Source: an uncultured archaeon
GTDB lineage: Archaea; Iainarchaeota; Iainarchaeia; Iainarchaeales; GCA-2688035
Assembly (NCBI GenBank): GCA_964640195.1
Contig: CAZXIC010000004.1
Coordinates: 22,435-86,434, forward strand
Direction: 5' to 3'
Length of the DNA: 64,000 nt
The position numbers were made by a program, and so were the translations under genes. Within the stretch, counting starts at the first letter, position 1. Each line of letters begins with the position of its first letter. Under the pieces are notes generated by a model. That model searched no databases, was not told where the DNA came from, and saw only the letters and a list, made by a program, of their open reading frames with translations. Shown here piece by piece: positions 51,695 to 61,684 of this stretch.

Positions 51695-53221
51695 TTAAAC
51701 CAGGCTTTCCCCTGTCATCTCTTTTGGTTTTTTCACCCCCATTATTTTGAGGATGGTTGGTGCGATGTCTTTCATTCCACCGTTGCGCAATCTGGCTTTC
51801 CTGAGCATTTCATCATTGCTTATAAGAGTAAGCAGGACAGGATTGAACCCGTGGCTGGGGTCAACCATGCCCTTGTCATCAAGCATATGGTCCGCATTTC
51901 CGTGGTCTGCCGTTAAGAAGGCAACATAGTTTTCACTCAGGGCTTTCTTTACGACTTTCCCAGCGCATTCATCCACAACTTCGCATGCTTTTATGGCCGC
52001 CTTTAAGACCCCTGAATGGCCAACCAAGTCGGGGTTTGCGTAATTAACCAGTATAAAATCGTATTTTCCTATCTGCTGCAAAAGCTTTTCAGTGACAGGA
52101 TAAGCAGACATCTCTGGCTGCTGGTCATAGGAGGAAACTTTTGGCGAATCCACCATTGCCCTATCCTCGCCTGCGTTCGGCTTATCCTCCTGGGAGTTGA
52201 AGAAAAAAGTAACGTGTGCATATTTCTCTGTTTCCGCTATCCTCAGCTGTTTCAAGCCGTTTGCAGCCAGCACCTGCCCGAGGTTATTGCTTACTTTTTC
52301 CGTGGGAAACGCAACCGGGAGGCTCCAGCTTGAATCATAGCTGCAGAAGCAGACGAAATGCACCCTCGCCCTGTGTTCCGGCTTTTCTGGGCAGAAATCC
52401 AAGCCGTTTACCATTGCGGTTATCTGCCTTGCCCTGTCTGACCTGAAACTGTACCAAATAAAGGAATCGCTATCCTTCAGCAGGGCAACAGGCTTGTCGC
52501 TTTCATCCACAATAACGGTTGCCTGCACGTAATAATCGGTTTTGTCACCCCTTTTGTATGCCTGCCCGATTGCCTCTTCCGCTGACTTTGCTCTGAATCC
52601 CTTTCCTTCAACCATCAAATCATATGCTTTTCTTGTTCTGTCCCAGTTCTTGTCCCTGTCCATGCCATAGTATCTGCCGATTACTGAGGCAATCCTGCCA
52701 GTTCCAAGCTTCTTCATCCTTTTTTCTGTTTCTTGCACGAGAGGCAGAGCCGAGCGCTCGGGCATGTCGCGCCCGTCCAGGCAGAGGTGCAGGTAAACCC
52801 GGCTGAACTTTTCTTTTTTGCACAGCTCAAGCAGTGCAAGCATGTGCCTGTAATCCGCGTGCACCCCTTCTGTGGAGAAAAGCCCCCCAAGATGGAGGTT
52901 TGAGCCTTTTTCCTTGCAGTTCTCTATCGCTTCAAGCAGGGCTGTGTTTTTGAAAAACTCCCCCGATTTTATCTTGCGGTTTATTAGCTCGTAAGGCTGC
53001 CATACTATCCTCCCGGCACCCATTGTGAGGTGCCCTACCTCGGAGCCACCCTGCACGCCTTTGGGGTTTCCAACATCATTACCTGTGCACTTTATCACTG
53101 CGGTTGGATAGTTTTTCGTGTAAAAATCGTGGTTAGGCGTGCTGCCCCTTGTGATGGCGTTTCCTTCGTAATCCCTCCCGTGGCCCCAGCCATCCCTTAC
53201 AATCAGTAAAACTTTTCTCAT
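51695..53221 (-). CDS. gpmI: 2,3-BPG-independent phosphoglycerate mutase (bacterial type)
   Basis: DGWG, GSEVGH, DGRD, GRYYGMDRD, AETEKYAHVTFF, TADHGN. Confidence 0.97.
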   Translation of the reverse strand: MRKVLLIVRDGWGHGRDYEGNAITRGSTPNHDFYTKNYPTAVIKCTGNDVGNPKGVQGGSEVGHLTMGAGRIVWQPYELINRKIKSGEFFKNTALLEAIENCKEKGSNLHLGGLFSTEGVHADYRHMLALLELCKKEKFSRVYLHLCLDGRDMPERSALPLVQETEKRMKKLGTGRIASVIGRYYGMDRDKNWDRTRKAYDLMVEGKGFRAKSAEEAIGQAYKRGDKTDYYVQATVIVDESDKPVALLKDSDSFIWYSFRSDRARQITAMVNGLDFCPEKPEHRARVHFVCFCSYDSSWSLPVAFPTEKVSNNLGQVLAANGLKQLRIAETEKYAHVTFFFNSQEDKPNAGEDRAMVDSPKVSSYDQQPEMSAYPVTEKLLQQIGKYDFILVNYANPDLVGHSGVLKAAIKACEVVDECAGKVVKKALSENYVAFLTADHGNADHMLDDKGMVDPSHGFNPVLLTLISNDEMLRKARLRNGGMKDIAPTILKIMGVKKPKEMTGESLV

Positions 53222-53589
53222 TCGACTATCTCCACCCCAATTTCTTTTCCGTTCGCGTCAAAGGCTTTGGCGCTTTCAAGAGAGAAGGGATAGGCAATTA
53301 TTAAATTTATCCCCCCAAAGCGTGCGAACGCCTGCATGTCAGCCCTGCTCGGCGTGTTATAAGGCCCTGGGTGCGAGTGAACGCTGCCTTTTGTGCCAGC
53401 AGTATAGGGCAGCAAATCCAAGCGGATGGAGCTGAATGTTTTCCCATAGGTTGATGGCAGCACAACGAATTCGTCAACCACTTTGCTGCCTTTCCTCTTG
53501 CATCCAAGCAGTGCAATGAACTCATTTGGATAGGTGTTTTTCGCGGCTTCTGCAATCGCAGCAAGCGTCTGCCTCTTGATTTTTAGCAT
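53218..53589 (-). CDS. JAB/MPN (JAMM) metalloprotease
   Basis: PNEF, GSVHSHP...PSRAD. Confidence 0.92.
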   Translation of the reverse strand: MLKIKRQTLAAIAEAAKNTYPNEFIALLGCKRKGSKVVDEFVVLPSTYGKTFSSIRLDLLPYTAGTKGSVHSHPGPYNTPSRADMQAFARFGGINLIIAYPFSLESAKAFDANGKEIGVEIVE

Positions 53590-54780
53590 CTACAAGCCTA
53601 AATAGAATAGGATTGTGGGAACCATTAAAAAGGCCATGCAGTTGCTTCTGCGCACTTTTGCATTCAAGGCAACAAGGCCAATTGAAGCTGCAACAGCGTA
53701 AACAGCCAAGCCCGGCAGCCCTGAAAAGAAGCCCACAAGCAATGTTATGAAAACCAGGGTCGCGAAATTGATTTTCCTGTAGGGAATGAGGTGAATCCTG
53801 CTTAAAACTGCCCTTGCAATCAGGTCAGCGGCAATAACGGCAAAGCCCAGCGCAAACAGGCAGGCTGCTGCAATGAAAAGCAACTGCTCGGCCTCAACAG
53901 CAACCAACTGCTTTATTGCAGCCGCGCTTCCAGTCCTTGTTTTCCCCCAAGCGAACAGCACAAAGAAAGCCAGCAGCATGTTTGCAGTGTTCACGCCGCC
54001 AAGCAGTATCAGGTAATCGGCAGTCCCAATCTTCCCAATGATTTTTCTAATCAGGAAGGCAGCCTGGCTTGAGCCAATGCCGGGAGTTAATGAAACCAGC
54101 GCACCGCCGAGCAGTGCAAGGAAAGCGTTTTTCATTGCCCTTTCCTTCTCGATAAAAAATGAGCCTATCTTTTGCCTGCACAGCCGCTGCTTTTTCCCGA
54201 TGCTGTACAGCAAGGTGCTTGCCCCAAAGAAGCCGGTTGCAAGGCAGAATAGCGGCTGTGCTATTGGCAGGTTTCCATGCAGGGCAGCTAAGCCAAGTAA
54301 TGCGCTTAGCGCAATAACCGTAAGCGTCCAGGTTCTCTTCCCTTTTTCAGCAAATGCCATCAGAGCAAGGACAGCAGCCAGCAGAAAAGGAATAGCCCCT
54401 GCAAGAAACTCGCTGCCCTTTTCCAGAAACAAAACAAACAGCGGCGCAACAGCCAGAGCCATAAGCCCGGCAGACAAGCCACCTATAATTGTCAGCCGCG
54501 TTGCAAGCAGCCCCTTCCCCTGCAGCAGCAGCCTGTGCCCGGGCAGAACCGCAAGGAAGGTGTCGTTGCTCGGCGCGCCAAGCACAACACTTGGCACGAA
54601 ATCAACGAATGTATGAACAATGCTCATGCTTGCAATAAGCAAAACAGCCTGCATGTTGCCTTGGGCAGAGAAAGCCAGCACCAGCAGGGCAATGGTGTTC
54701 ACGTGCAGCCCTGGAACCAAGCCAGTGAGGATTCCAAGAAAGCAGCCGACCAGAACAAACAGCAAGAGTAATTCTACCAC
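53590..54780 (-). CDS. TctA/DUF112-family membrane protein
   Basis: GILTGLVPGLHVN, VPSVVLGAP, LPGHRLL. Confidence 0.88.
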   Translation of the reverse strand: MVELLLLFVLVGCFLGILTGLVPGLHVNTIALLVLAFSAQGNMQAVLLIASMSIVHTFVDFVPSVVLGAPSNDTFLAVLPGHRLLLQGKGLLATRLTIIGGLSAGLMALAVAPLFVLFLEKGSEFLAGAIPFLLAAVLALMAFAEKGKRTWTLTVIALSALLGLAALHGNLPIAQPLFCLATGFFGASTLLYSIGKKQRLCRQKIGSFFIEKERAMKNAFLALLGGALVSLTPGIGSSQAAFLIRKIIGKIGTADYLILLGGVNTANMLLAFFVLFAWGKTRTGSAAAIKQLVAVEAEQLLFIAAACLFALGFAVIAADLIARAVLSRIHLIPYRKINFATLVFITLLVGFFSGLPGLAVYAVAASIGLVALNAKVRRSNCMAFLMVPTILFYLGL

Positions 54781-55133
54781 TGCTCAACAGCCTCCGCAAC
54801 CACTTCCAGCTGACCCTCGTACAACTGCACTTTCCCCTGAAGCCGGACAAATGAGTTTTTCTGCAGCAGTATCCTTTGCTCCCTGCTTGGGTTGAAAATT
54901 ACTGCCTTTATTTTGCCGCTGCCGTCATTCAATTGGAACAAAACAAAGTTGTCTTTGTAGAAAGCTGAGTCAACCTTTGCCTTGACGCTTATGCACTGCC
55001 CAAGCATTGCCTCGCTTATTTCGCCTATTTTTGTTTCCCTTGCCTGAAACGCTTGGCTGAGGAAAAAAAGAAAGAACGCCCCTGCAACAGATGTAATCAG
55101 AGCTAGCCTTGCGATGCTGTACCCCCTTAACAT
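54774..55133 (-). CDS. Membrane-anchored OB-fold protein
   Basis: N-terminal TM, LNDGSGKIKAVIF, GKVQLYEGQLEV. Confidence 0.82.
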   Translation of the reverse strand: MLRGYSIARLALITSVAGAFFLFFLSQAFQARETKIGEISEAMLGQCISVKAKVDSAFYKDNFVLFQLNDGSGKIKAVIFNPSREQRILLQKNSFVRLQGKVQLYEGQLEVVAEAVEQW

Positions 55134-55197
55134 TAAAGAACAGTGCTTGGAAGGAAAAGGATTAAAAGCAAGGGCATGTTTCGTGCTTCAACGAAGC

Positions 55198-55539
55198 TCA
55201 GCTTTGAATCAAGTTTATTGTTGCAAAATCAAACTTTGTGTTTTTCACTATGAGTGTTTCGATGTCACTCAAATCCAAGTCAGCCGCAGTTATTGTTTCG
55301 CTGCTCTTTATGTACAAGTCAAGCGTAATCGTTGAACCGCTTATGCCGAAGTCAATCTTTTCAATGGATGCAAAGCTGTCCAATTCGCCCATCTTGTTCA
55401 ATACGCTGAGCTTCAGCAGCTGCATCGCTGTGGTTGAATCGTTTATTGTAAAGAAGTAGCTCAGCACCGATGTACTTATCGCCAGTATAACGAGTGCGAC
55501 CAGCAGCACTTCAACGCTAACCTGTGCCCTGCCATCCAA
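55198..55539 (-). CDS. Class III signal peptide protein (pilin)
   Basis: RA/QVSVEVLLV. Confidence 0.82.
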   Translation of the reverse strand: MDGRAQVSVEVLLVALVILAISTSVLSYFFTINDSTTAMQLLKLSVLNKMGELDSFASIEKIDFGISGSTITLDLYIKSSETITAADLDLSDIETLIVKNTKFDFATINLIQS

Positions 55540-56056
55540 CGCTTATCTCCCCGGCACTGTTTTTTATTACCTCTACTGCCATGTACAGAGGGCCTTCCAT
55601 CGTAGGGCAGGAAGGATTTGCTCCTGCGAGCAGCGCAATTGAGCTGCTGCATTCAAAGCTTCCGCTGGGTCCAATGCACTCCTCTGCTTCAGAATAATCG
55701 CAAGGGCCTTCCTCGGGGTTTGCATCTGGGTCCCTGCAACCCACATTGCTTATCGTTGCGCTGTAATCAATTTTATCATCATCTGCATTGCAGCTCACGC
55801 TTGCGTTTGCCGGCAAAAACACGTGAATTGTTTTCTTGCTCTCACCGCTTGCTGCAGCCGCTTCGTTTATCGCGTCTGCCAGCCTCTGCGCTGCAATCTT
55901 TGCGTCAGCCAAGCGCTTTACATCCTCTGCTGCAGCAGTTGCCGTATCAACCAAAATAGGTTTTGTAACAGAATGGATGTAAATCAGCGAAACTATGATT
56001 ATGATTAGGAATTCAATGCTTATCTGCCCTTTTTTGTTCAGAACAGCGTGAGCCAA
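55517..56056 (-). CDS. Class III signal peptide protein (pilin)
   Basis: KKG/QISIEFLIII. Confidence 0.82.
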   Translation of the reverse strand: MAHAVLNKKGQISIEFLIIIIVSLIYIHSVTKPILVDTATAAAEDVKRLADAKIAAQRLADAINEAAAASGESKKTIHVFLPANASVSCNADDDKIDYSATISNVGCRDPDANPEEGPCDYSEAEECIGPSGSFECSSSIALLAGANPSCPTMEGPLYMAVEVIKNSAGEISVGWQGTG

Positions 56057-57027
56057 GCAAAATCACCGATTATGTTCAACGCAATGTATGCAGCCAGCAC
56101 TGCCGGCACCATCGGGGCGCTTTCCTTGACAGTTATTGCGTCCTCCAATTTCCCAGCCCTGACCAAGCCCTGCAGCTCTTTTATCTCCTCTGCTGTTACC
56201 CCCCTTGCTTTCCTGCTTGAAACCACTTCCCTCTGCTGTTTTATCGCTTTCTCAAACCTATTTGCAGCAAAGTACTTAATTAATTTTTTTACCCCTTCTT
56301 CTGGCTTTCTTTCCGCGCCGCTTCTGGTTTCAACAATCGTTTCAGCAACAATCATGCCCTCCTGCAAATCGCTTATCCTCAATGCTTTCCTCATCAAAAC
56401 CTTTGACATTGCGTACAAGCGCAGGAGGAAATACACCGCCCAAAACATGAGGATGATTAAAAGCAAATTGCCGGCAGCAGCAAACCCGCAGGCGAAGGAA
56501 ACACCTGCACCTATTGCGGCAGCCGCAAAACCCAGGGCAAACAGCCGCAGCTGCCTTAAAATCTTCTCTCCCTGCGCCCTGTTTCTGGCAAGCCTCCTCA
56601 TAGCCAAAAACACGCCGTAAGGCAGCATTGCGACTATGCTGAAAACAAACAGTGTGAAGGGAAAAATTGGCAGTTCAATTGCGGCAAAAAACGGCAGTGC
56701 GATAAAGCCAAGCCGGCTTAAAATGTTCGGGTTCAGCGGGTTTAATGCTGCCAAGCCTGCAAACAGCTTCACGTCGCCGCCAGCCCAGACGCCAGCCTTG
56801 TACAATACTAACGCAAATAAAAACATGCTGATTGTAGCAGCAAGGCAGTTTAAAAAAATCCCTGTGCTGCCTGCAAGTACTGCCCAGGCAGCATGCCCCA
56901 GCAAGCCAACGCAAAGCATAGAGGAATTCAGCCTGTTGCTGACAATCCTTTCCCTCAGGTCGCTTCTCGCAGCTATGATTAATGCAGCCAATGAAAACAA
57001 GAAGAAGAATAGGAAGGGGGAAAGCAA
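56038..57027 (-). CDS. A24 prepilin peptidase (EppA/PibD-like)
   Basis: SDLRERIVSN, WAGGDVKL, APMVPA; multiple TMs. Confidence 0.92.
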   Translation of the reverse strand: MLSPFLFFFLFSLAALIIAARSDLRERIVSNRLNSSMLCVGLLGHAAWAVLAGSTGIFLNCLAATISMFLFALVLYKAGVWAGGDVKLFAGLAALNPLNPNILSRLGFIALPFFAAIELPIFPFTLFVFSIVAMLPYGVFLAMRRLARNRAQGEKILRQLRLFALGFAAAAIGAGVSFACGFAAAGNLLLIILMFWAVYFLLRLYAMSKVLMRKALRISDLQEGMIVAETIVETRSGAERKPEEGVKKLIKYFAANRFEKAIKQQREVVSSRKARGVTAEEIKELQGLVRAGKLEDAITVKESAPMVPAVLAAYIALNIIGDFAWLTLF

Positions 57028-57042
57028 TGCAAAAACCCTTTT

Positions 57043-57219
57043 TTAATCGCTTTGCAGCAGCGATAAAATGGTGTTGTCCCTGTAGTCCAGTATTTCTCCC
57101 TGGGCGCTCAGCGCAACCCCTCTCAGTGCGTCAACAACCATTGCTGCGGCAATCGCCAAGGTTATGCCAAACAACGCCAGCAGCAGGTACTCCACTGAAA
57201 CCTGCGCCCTGCAGTCCAT
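57043..57219 (-). CDS. Small class III signal pilin
   Basis: RA/QVSVEYLLL; start re-chosen at MDCRA. Confidence 0.8.
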   Translation of the reverse strand: MDCRAQVSVEYLLLALFGITLAIAAAMVVDALRGVALSAQGEILDYRDNTILSLLQSD

Positions 57220-57242
57220 TGCGTTCACTTGGTTTAAGCTTT

Positions 57243-57515
57243 CTAGCATCCGGTTGGATAGGCTCCTGTTGGCTCATAGTAGCACGTTTCCGTGGGGTCG
57301 CCTCCCCAATCACATGCCCCTATCGCACTCGGTGGACAGCCCGCTTTACAAACGGTTTCCCCCCGAGTTGTTAATGAAGCACAATATGCCACGTCCTCGG
57401 GATTTGCCGTGTGGGTAGCTACCCCCGATATCAGCGCAATGACTATTGCTGCTACAAGCACTGCCCCGCCAATCAGCAGCAGGTATTCCAGGGCGCCTTG
57501 TCCTTTTCCGTTCAT
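57243..57515 (-). CDS. Probable major pilin
   Basis: KG/QGALEYLLLIGGAVLVAAIVIALI; own TATA (57569-57576) and strong RBS GGAGGGAGGT (57525-57534). Confidence 0.82.
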   Translation of the reverse strand: MNGKGQGALEYLLLIGGAVLVAAIVIALISGVATHTANPEDVAYCASLTTRGETVCKAGCPPSAIGACDWGGDPTETCYYEPTGAYPTGC

Positions 57516-57581
57516 CTGATTTTAACCTCCCTCCTTTTTGGGATGTATCCTTATTTTAGTTTTTTTAATTTATAAATGTTC

Positions 57582-57752
57582 CTATTGTTGGGCGCCAGTG
57601 GCTTTTCCTGCTTCCTCGCCTGCCCTTTCCTGCAGCTGCTCTGCGCTCCGCTTCAACAGTACGCCCACTATTGCTGCAACCGCAATCGCTCCTGCAACCA
57701 ACAGCAGCATTTCAATCGAGGCCTGCGCTCTTTCTTCCCCCAACAAGCTCAT
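57582..57752 (-). CDS. Small class III signal pilin (56 aa), absent from ORF track
   Basis: MSLLGEERA/QASIEMLLLVAGAIAVAAIVG; start overlaps upstream stop. Confidence 0.85.
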   Translation of the reverse strand: MSLLGEERAQASIEMLLLVAGAIAVAAIVGVLLKRSAEQLQERAGEEAGKATGAQQ

Positions 57753-58684
57753 CTAATCCCCCCGATTACCAAGCCTGAGGCAAACTCTGAAATGGAGTAG
57801 CATGTGAATGCCACTAATAGAAGGATTGGAATATATAAAAGGCTTTTGCTTATTTTGCCCTCCCTAGTAAGGGAAATCATTGCGCCGCTTGCAATCACTT
57901 CAATCAAGAGGTATGCCTGCAGCAGCAGGAGGATGAAGTTGTTTGTTTTGATTGAAGCGGCTGTCTCTGCCCCGGTCAAGCCAATCCCTGCCGCGGTTTG
58001 GCTAAACAAAAGCAGGGTTGTTGAAATCAAGCCAAGAATTATCGGCGCGACAATAGAGCCCGCGGCAATAATGAATATAACCTGCAGCATCGTTTCAGCC
58101 ATGCGCTCCTTTGCAATCCTGTGCATTGCCCTAACATCGTCGGCTATTTCGTCAAGTATGTCAGCCAATCCAGCCCCTGCTTTAATTGAATCAATAATTA
58201 TTGCAACAGTCCTCTTTATCAGCCTTGACTCAACGTTTGCAGCAAAGGAGTTCAAGCTGTTTTCAAGGTTTTCCCCCTCCTCCATTTTCCGCAGCACACC
58301 CTCCATTTCCCCACTCAGCGGGCCGTACTCCGAGGTTGCGATTTCCCTTAGTGCAAACTCGTAGGTGCCGCCTGCTTTGAGCGTGTCAGCCATTTGCTTC
58401 AGTGCATCAGGCATGGCGTTTTCAATTGCATCCATCTTCCTAACCGCAACCAGATAAGGGTAGCCGAGCAGTATGTCAATTACAACCAGGAATACAACGA
58501 GCGATATCAATGGTGTAACCGGCAGATTAAATGCGCTGATTGCCACAAACAGAGGGAAGGTAACAGCCAGTGCCAAAGCAGTTGAGAGCAGAGCCCACAA
58601 CTCTGCAGACACCTTGAATCTGCTCTGCTGCAACAGTTTCTTGTAGTTGGCGAAAAACCTGAAGCCGCGTTTTTCTTCAACCAT
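57749..58684 (-). CDS. Pilus platform protein (T2SS F/TadC family)
   Basis: MPDALKQMADTLKAG, YGPLSGE, GAGLADILDEIA. Confidence 0.92.
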   Translation of the reverse strand: MVEEKRGFRFFANYKKLLQQSRFKVSAELWALLSTALALAVTFPLFVAISAFNLPVTPLISLVVFLVVIDILLGYPYLVAVRKMDAIENAMPDALKQMADTLKAGGTYEFALREIATSEYGPLSGEMEGVLRKMEEGENLENSLNSFAANVESRLIKRTVAIIIDSIKAGAGLADILDEIADDVRAMHRIAKERMAETMLQVIFIIAAGSIVAPIILGLISTTLLLFSQTAAGIGLTGAETAASIKTNNFILLLLQAYLLIEVIASGAMISLTREGKISKSLLYIPILLLVAFTCYSISEFASGLVIGGIR

Positions 58685-58703
58685 TTTTCAATCCCCGCCT
58701 TTT

Positions 58704-59879
58704 TTACACGCTTGGCTGCGATGCTTTAATGTAAAACACGAATAAAATCAAAATAACCGGCATTACGACCAGGTAGATTATGGTAATGACAGGCATCGTT
58801 AGTGGCAGCATCTGCAGCCCCACAGCGGCTTTTTGGATGGGGCTGTTTCTGATGCTGCCAAGCACTGCAACCATTACAGGCATGACAATTGCCCCAAAGA
58901 TAAATATGACGCCGAAAAAGTTCATCCTCATGCCGAATTCCTTTACAGCTGTTCGCATCTCAAAAGAAACCTCTGCGGCAATTTCGCCCATGGATTCGCT
59001 TAAGTTGCCGCCTGTCTTCAAAGCCCTGACGATGTGGATTATTGCGTTTCTCAGCGCCTTGCTCTGCGTCCTCAAAGCCAAGTGCTTCAGGGCATCTTGC
59101 GTGTCAGTGCCCTCTTCTACCTCTGTTATTGCTTGGCTGAATTCCTCGCTTAGGGCACCATAGCCTGCTGTTGCAACAGCCTGAATCGTTCTATACAGCC
59201 CGATGCCTGCCCTTAAGCCGGTTGCCATATGCCTCAAGGCAAAGGGCAGTTCAGCGCTTACCTTTCTGCCCCTGGCAATTGCTTTCTGCCTTGGAATCAT
59301 TAAAAGGATGACAGTGGAGGCGAAAAAGGAGAGAAGCGAAACAAGCAAAACCAGTGCGATGATGGTCGCAGGGGGGAAACCCAAAATGCTTACAACAGCG
59401 GTTGTGGCAAGCAGAGAGATTACGCCGACAATTGTTGAGGCTGCAACTGTCAAGGCAAGGTACTGCTTGCTGCTATAGTGCATGTTTGCTGAGTACAAGT
59501 AGAATGAAAGCATTTCCATTGCGGGCAGTTTGCTTAATGCCTTTGCAATCGGCTTGAGGACAGCCTGCAGCTTCAAATAAACCCGTGCAAGCGCCCCTAT
59601 AAGCTTTGATCTCATTTCTGCCAGTTCTTCAACAGTTTGAATTTCAATCCCTGTTGCTATGCCCTCGGCGATAATGCCCCTCAGCTCGCCCAGGGTTCCG
59701 CCAACCTCTTCAAATTCAATGCCCTCAGCCCTGTACCTGTCCCTCATCCTTCTAACAATTTTTTCAACCTTTTGCATGTCAATCTCTGCTACGGTTTCTT
59801 CCGGAGGCGGTTTTGCTCTAAGAGCGCCCCGCTTTGGCTTCTCTGTAATTCTCTTCTTCAGGCTTTCCAAATCAGGCAT
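58704..59879 (-). CDS. Pilus platform protein (T2SS F/TadC family)
   Basis: ELPFALRHMATGLRAG, YGALSEEF, TGGNLSE. Confidence 0.92.
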   Translation of the reverse strand: MPDLESLKKRITEKPKRGALRAKPPPEETVAEIDMQKVEKIVRRMRDRYRAEGIEFEEVGGTLGELRGIIAEGIATGIEIQTVEELAEMRSKLIGALARVYLKLQAVLKPIAKALSKLPAMEMLSFYLYSANMHYSSKQYLALTVAASTIVGVISLLATTAVVSILGFPPATIIALVLLVSLLSFFASTVILLMIPRQKAIARGRKVSAELPFALRHMATGLRAGIGLYRTIQAVATAGYGALSEEFSQAITEVEEGTDTQDALKHLALRTQSKALRNAIIHIVRALKTGGNLSESMGEIAAEVSFEMRTAVKEFGMRMNFFGVIFIFGAIVMPVMVAVLGSIRNSPIQKAAVGLQMLPLTMPVITIIYLVVMPVILILFVFYIKASQPSV

Positions 59880-59887
59880 TTTCTAGC

Positions 59888-61576
59888 TCAACCGCCCTCT
59901 AATAAGAATTGTCGGGTTGCCACCTTCACATCACCGATGTCTCTGATGCCCTTCTCCGCTAATTGCTGCAGGAATGCCTCCCTCTCTTTCCATTCTGCCT
60001 CAATGTCCCTCTTGCTCCTGCCGGTGAAGTCGTGTAGTATGCTCAAAAACTTGATCGGCATATTGGTCCTTTCAATCGTATCTTTAACCGGGTCCCTCTG
60101 GAAAATGGTTTGGGTTTGCGCATGCTTCAGCAACACGCCGCTTACCTCCGCAATTTCCGAAACCCTCCTAATAGTCCCCTTTCTCCTGTCGTGTATTTTG
60201 TGCTCAACCAAAATGAAGTCCAAGCCGCTCAGCATTACCTCCGGCACATTCATTGGCGGGGAGGTGACTCTTACAATTGTTTCCTGCGGGCTATTCGCGT
60301 GAACAGTGCCCATGCAGCCGTCGTGGCCGGTATTTAGCGCAGTGAACAAAGTGAATGCCTCGTCGTGCCTTACTTCCCCAACAATTATCCTGTCAGGCCT
60401 CATCCTCAGGCTGTTCTTTGTTAGAATATCCAGGGTTAATTCGCCTTTTCCCTCCAATCCGGGCGGCCTTGCTTCAAGCCTAATCCAGTGTCGGAGCGGC
60501 AGCTTCAATTCAGCTGTGTCCTCAATCGTTATCACCCTCTCAGTGTCAGTGACAAATGCTGCAAGGCAGTTCAGCGTTGTTGTCTTTCCGCTGCTTGTAC
60601 CGCCTGCAATCAGTATGTTTGCCGGTTTTGCTCCAAACCCTTCCACGCACATCCACAAGAACCCTGCAACCTCTGCCGTAATAGTGTTCAGCTTGATCAG
60701 GTCAACTATGCTGTATGGGTCTGTCCTGAACTTTCTGATTGTGAGCGTCGGTCCCTCAACCGAAGCCGGCGGTATCGTTGCATTTACCCTGCTTCCATCC
60801 GGCAGCCTGGCGTCCAGCAACGGGCTGCTGATATCCACCCTCCTGCCGACCTGCCTTCCAATCCTGTTGATTAAGTCAACTATTTCCTTATCGCTGTAGA
60901 ATTCAATGTTGCTGGTCATCATTTCATACTCCCTGTGGAAGAGGTAAACGGGTTTTTTTGCTCCGATGACCATTATCTCCTCCAGTACATCATCCCCAAC
61001 CAGCGGGTCAATTATCCCATACCCGACCATTTCCCTTACAACATTCTCAGCGTAGAAATCGAAGCGCCTTTCCGGGATGTGCAGCTCGGGGCTACTCCTC
61101 AGAATATCAAGAATCCTCTGCTTGTACACCGCCCGGCGCTGCGCCGGGTCCCTAATCCTGTAGGGCGAAATCGTAATCAGCCTTGTTGCGGCTTCCTTTA
61201 TCGTGTTGATGATTGTTTTCTCTTGCTTTGTCGGTCTTGCAACTGGGACGAAGTAGTAGAGCAGCGGCTTGTCCGGCAGCCGGTAAATCTTCACCTGGTC
61301 GTAGGAGGCAATCTGTTTCTTTTCTTTCGCCTGCTCAATCTCTTTTTCAACAGCGCTTTTTTCAGGCAGTTTTTCCTCTTCAGGAACTGCTGCCGCTTCA
61401 GCTGCTTTCTCTTTTGCCCGCGCTTCTGCTTCTTTTTCAACCCCCTTCAGGGCTTTCTCTGCCTCTTTCCCGAGAGGCGCTTTTTCTTTCACTGCAGCTT
61501 TTTTCTCTTTCTCCGCTGCTTTCTTTGATGCCTTAAGCTTTTTGATTAGCTCAGCTAAATAATCTTCCTCAGGCAT
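59888..61576 (-). CDS. Pilus assembly ATPase (CpaF/VirB11 family)
   Basis: GGTSSGKTT, IEDT, LRMRPDRIIVGEVR, TGH..CMGTVH; start re-chosen at MPEED. Confidence 0.95.
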   Translation of the reverse strand: MPEEDYLAELIKKLKASKKAAEKEKKAAVKEKAPLGKEAEKALKGVEKEAEARAKEKAAEAAAVPEEEKLPEKSAVEKEIEQAKEKKQIASYDQVKIYRLPDKPLLYYFVPVARPTKQEKTIINTIKEAATRLITISPYRIRDPAQRRAVYKQRILDILRSSPELHIPERRFDFYAENVVREMVGYGIIDPLVGDDVLEEIMVIGAKKPVYLFHREYEMMTSNIEFYSDKEIVDLINRIGRQVGRRVDISSPLLDARLPDGSRVNATIPPASVEGPTLTIRKFRTDPYSIVDLIKLNTITAEVAGFLWMCVEGFGAKPANILIAGGTSSGKTTTLNCLAAFVTDTERVITIEDTAELKLPLRHWIRLEARPPGLEGKGELTLDILTKNSLRMRPDRIIVGEVRHDEAFTLFTALNTGHDGCMGTVHANSPQETIVRVTSPPMNVPEVMLSGLDFILVEHKIHDRRKGTIRRVSEIAEVSGVLLKHAQTQTIFQRDPVKDTIERTNMPIKFLSILHDFTGRSKRDIEAEWKEREAFLQQLAEKGIRDIGDVKVATRQFLLEGG

Positions 61577-61684
61577 CGGAAACCAGAATAAAAAGGGGGC
61601 TTCTAATATATATACTTTTTTAGAAAGCTGTGCAAAAAACAAGAAAGGGCGTTGACAAAAAAAAGAACCTGTTGAGGCTGGCAA

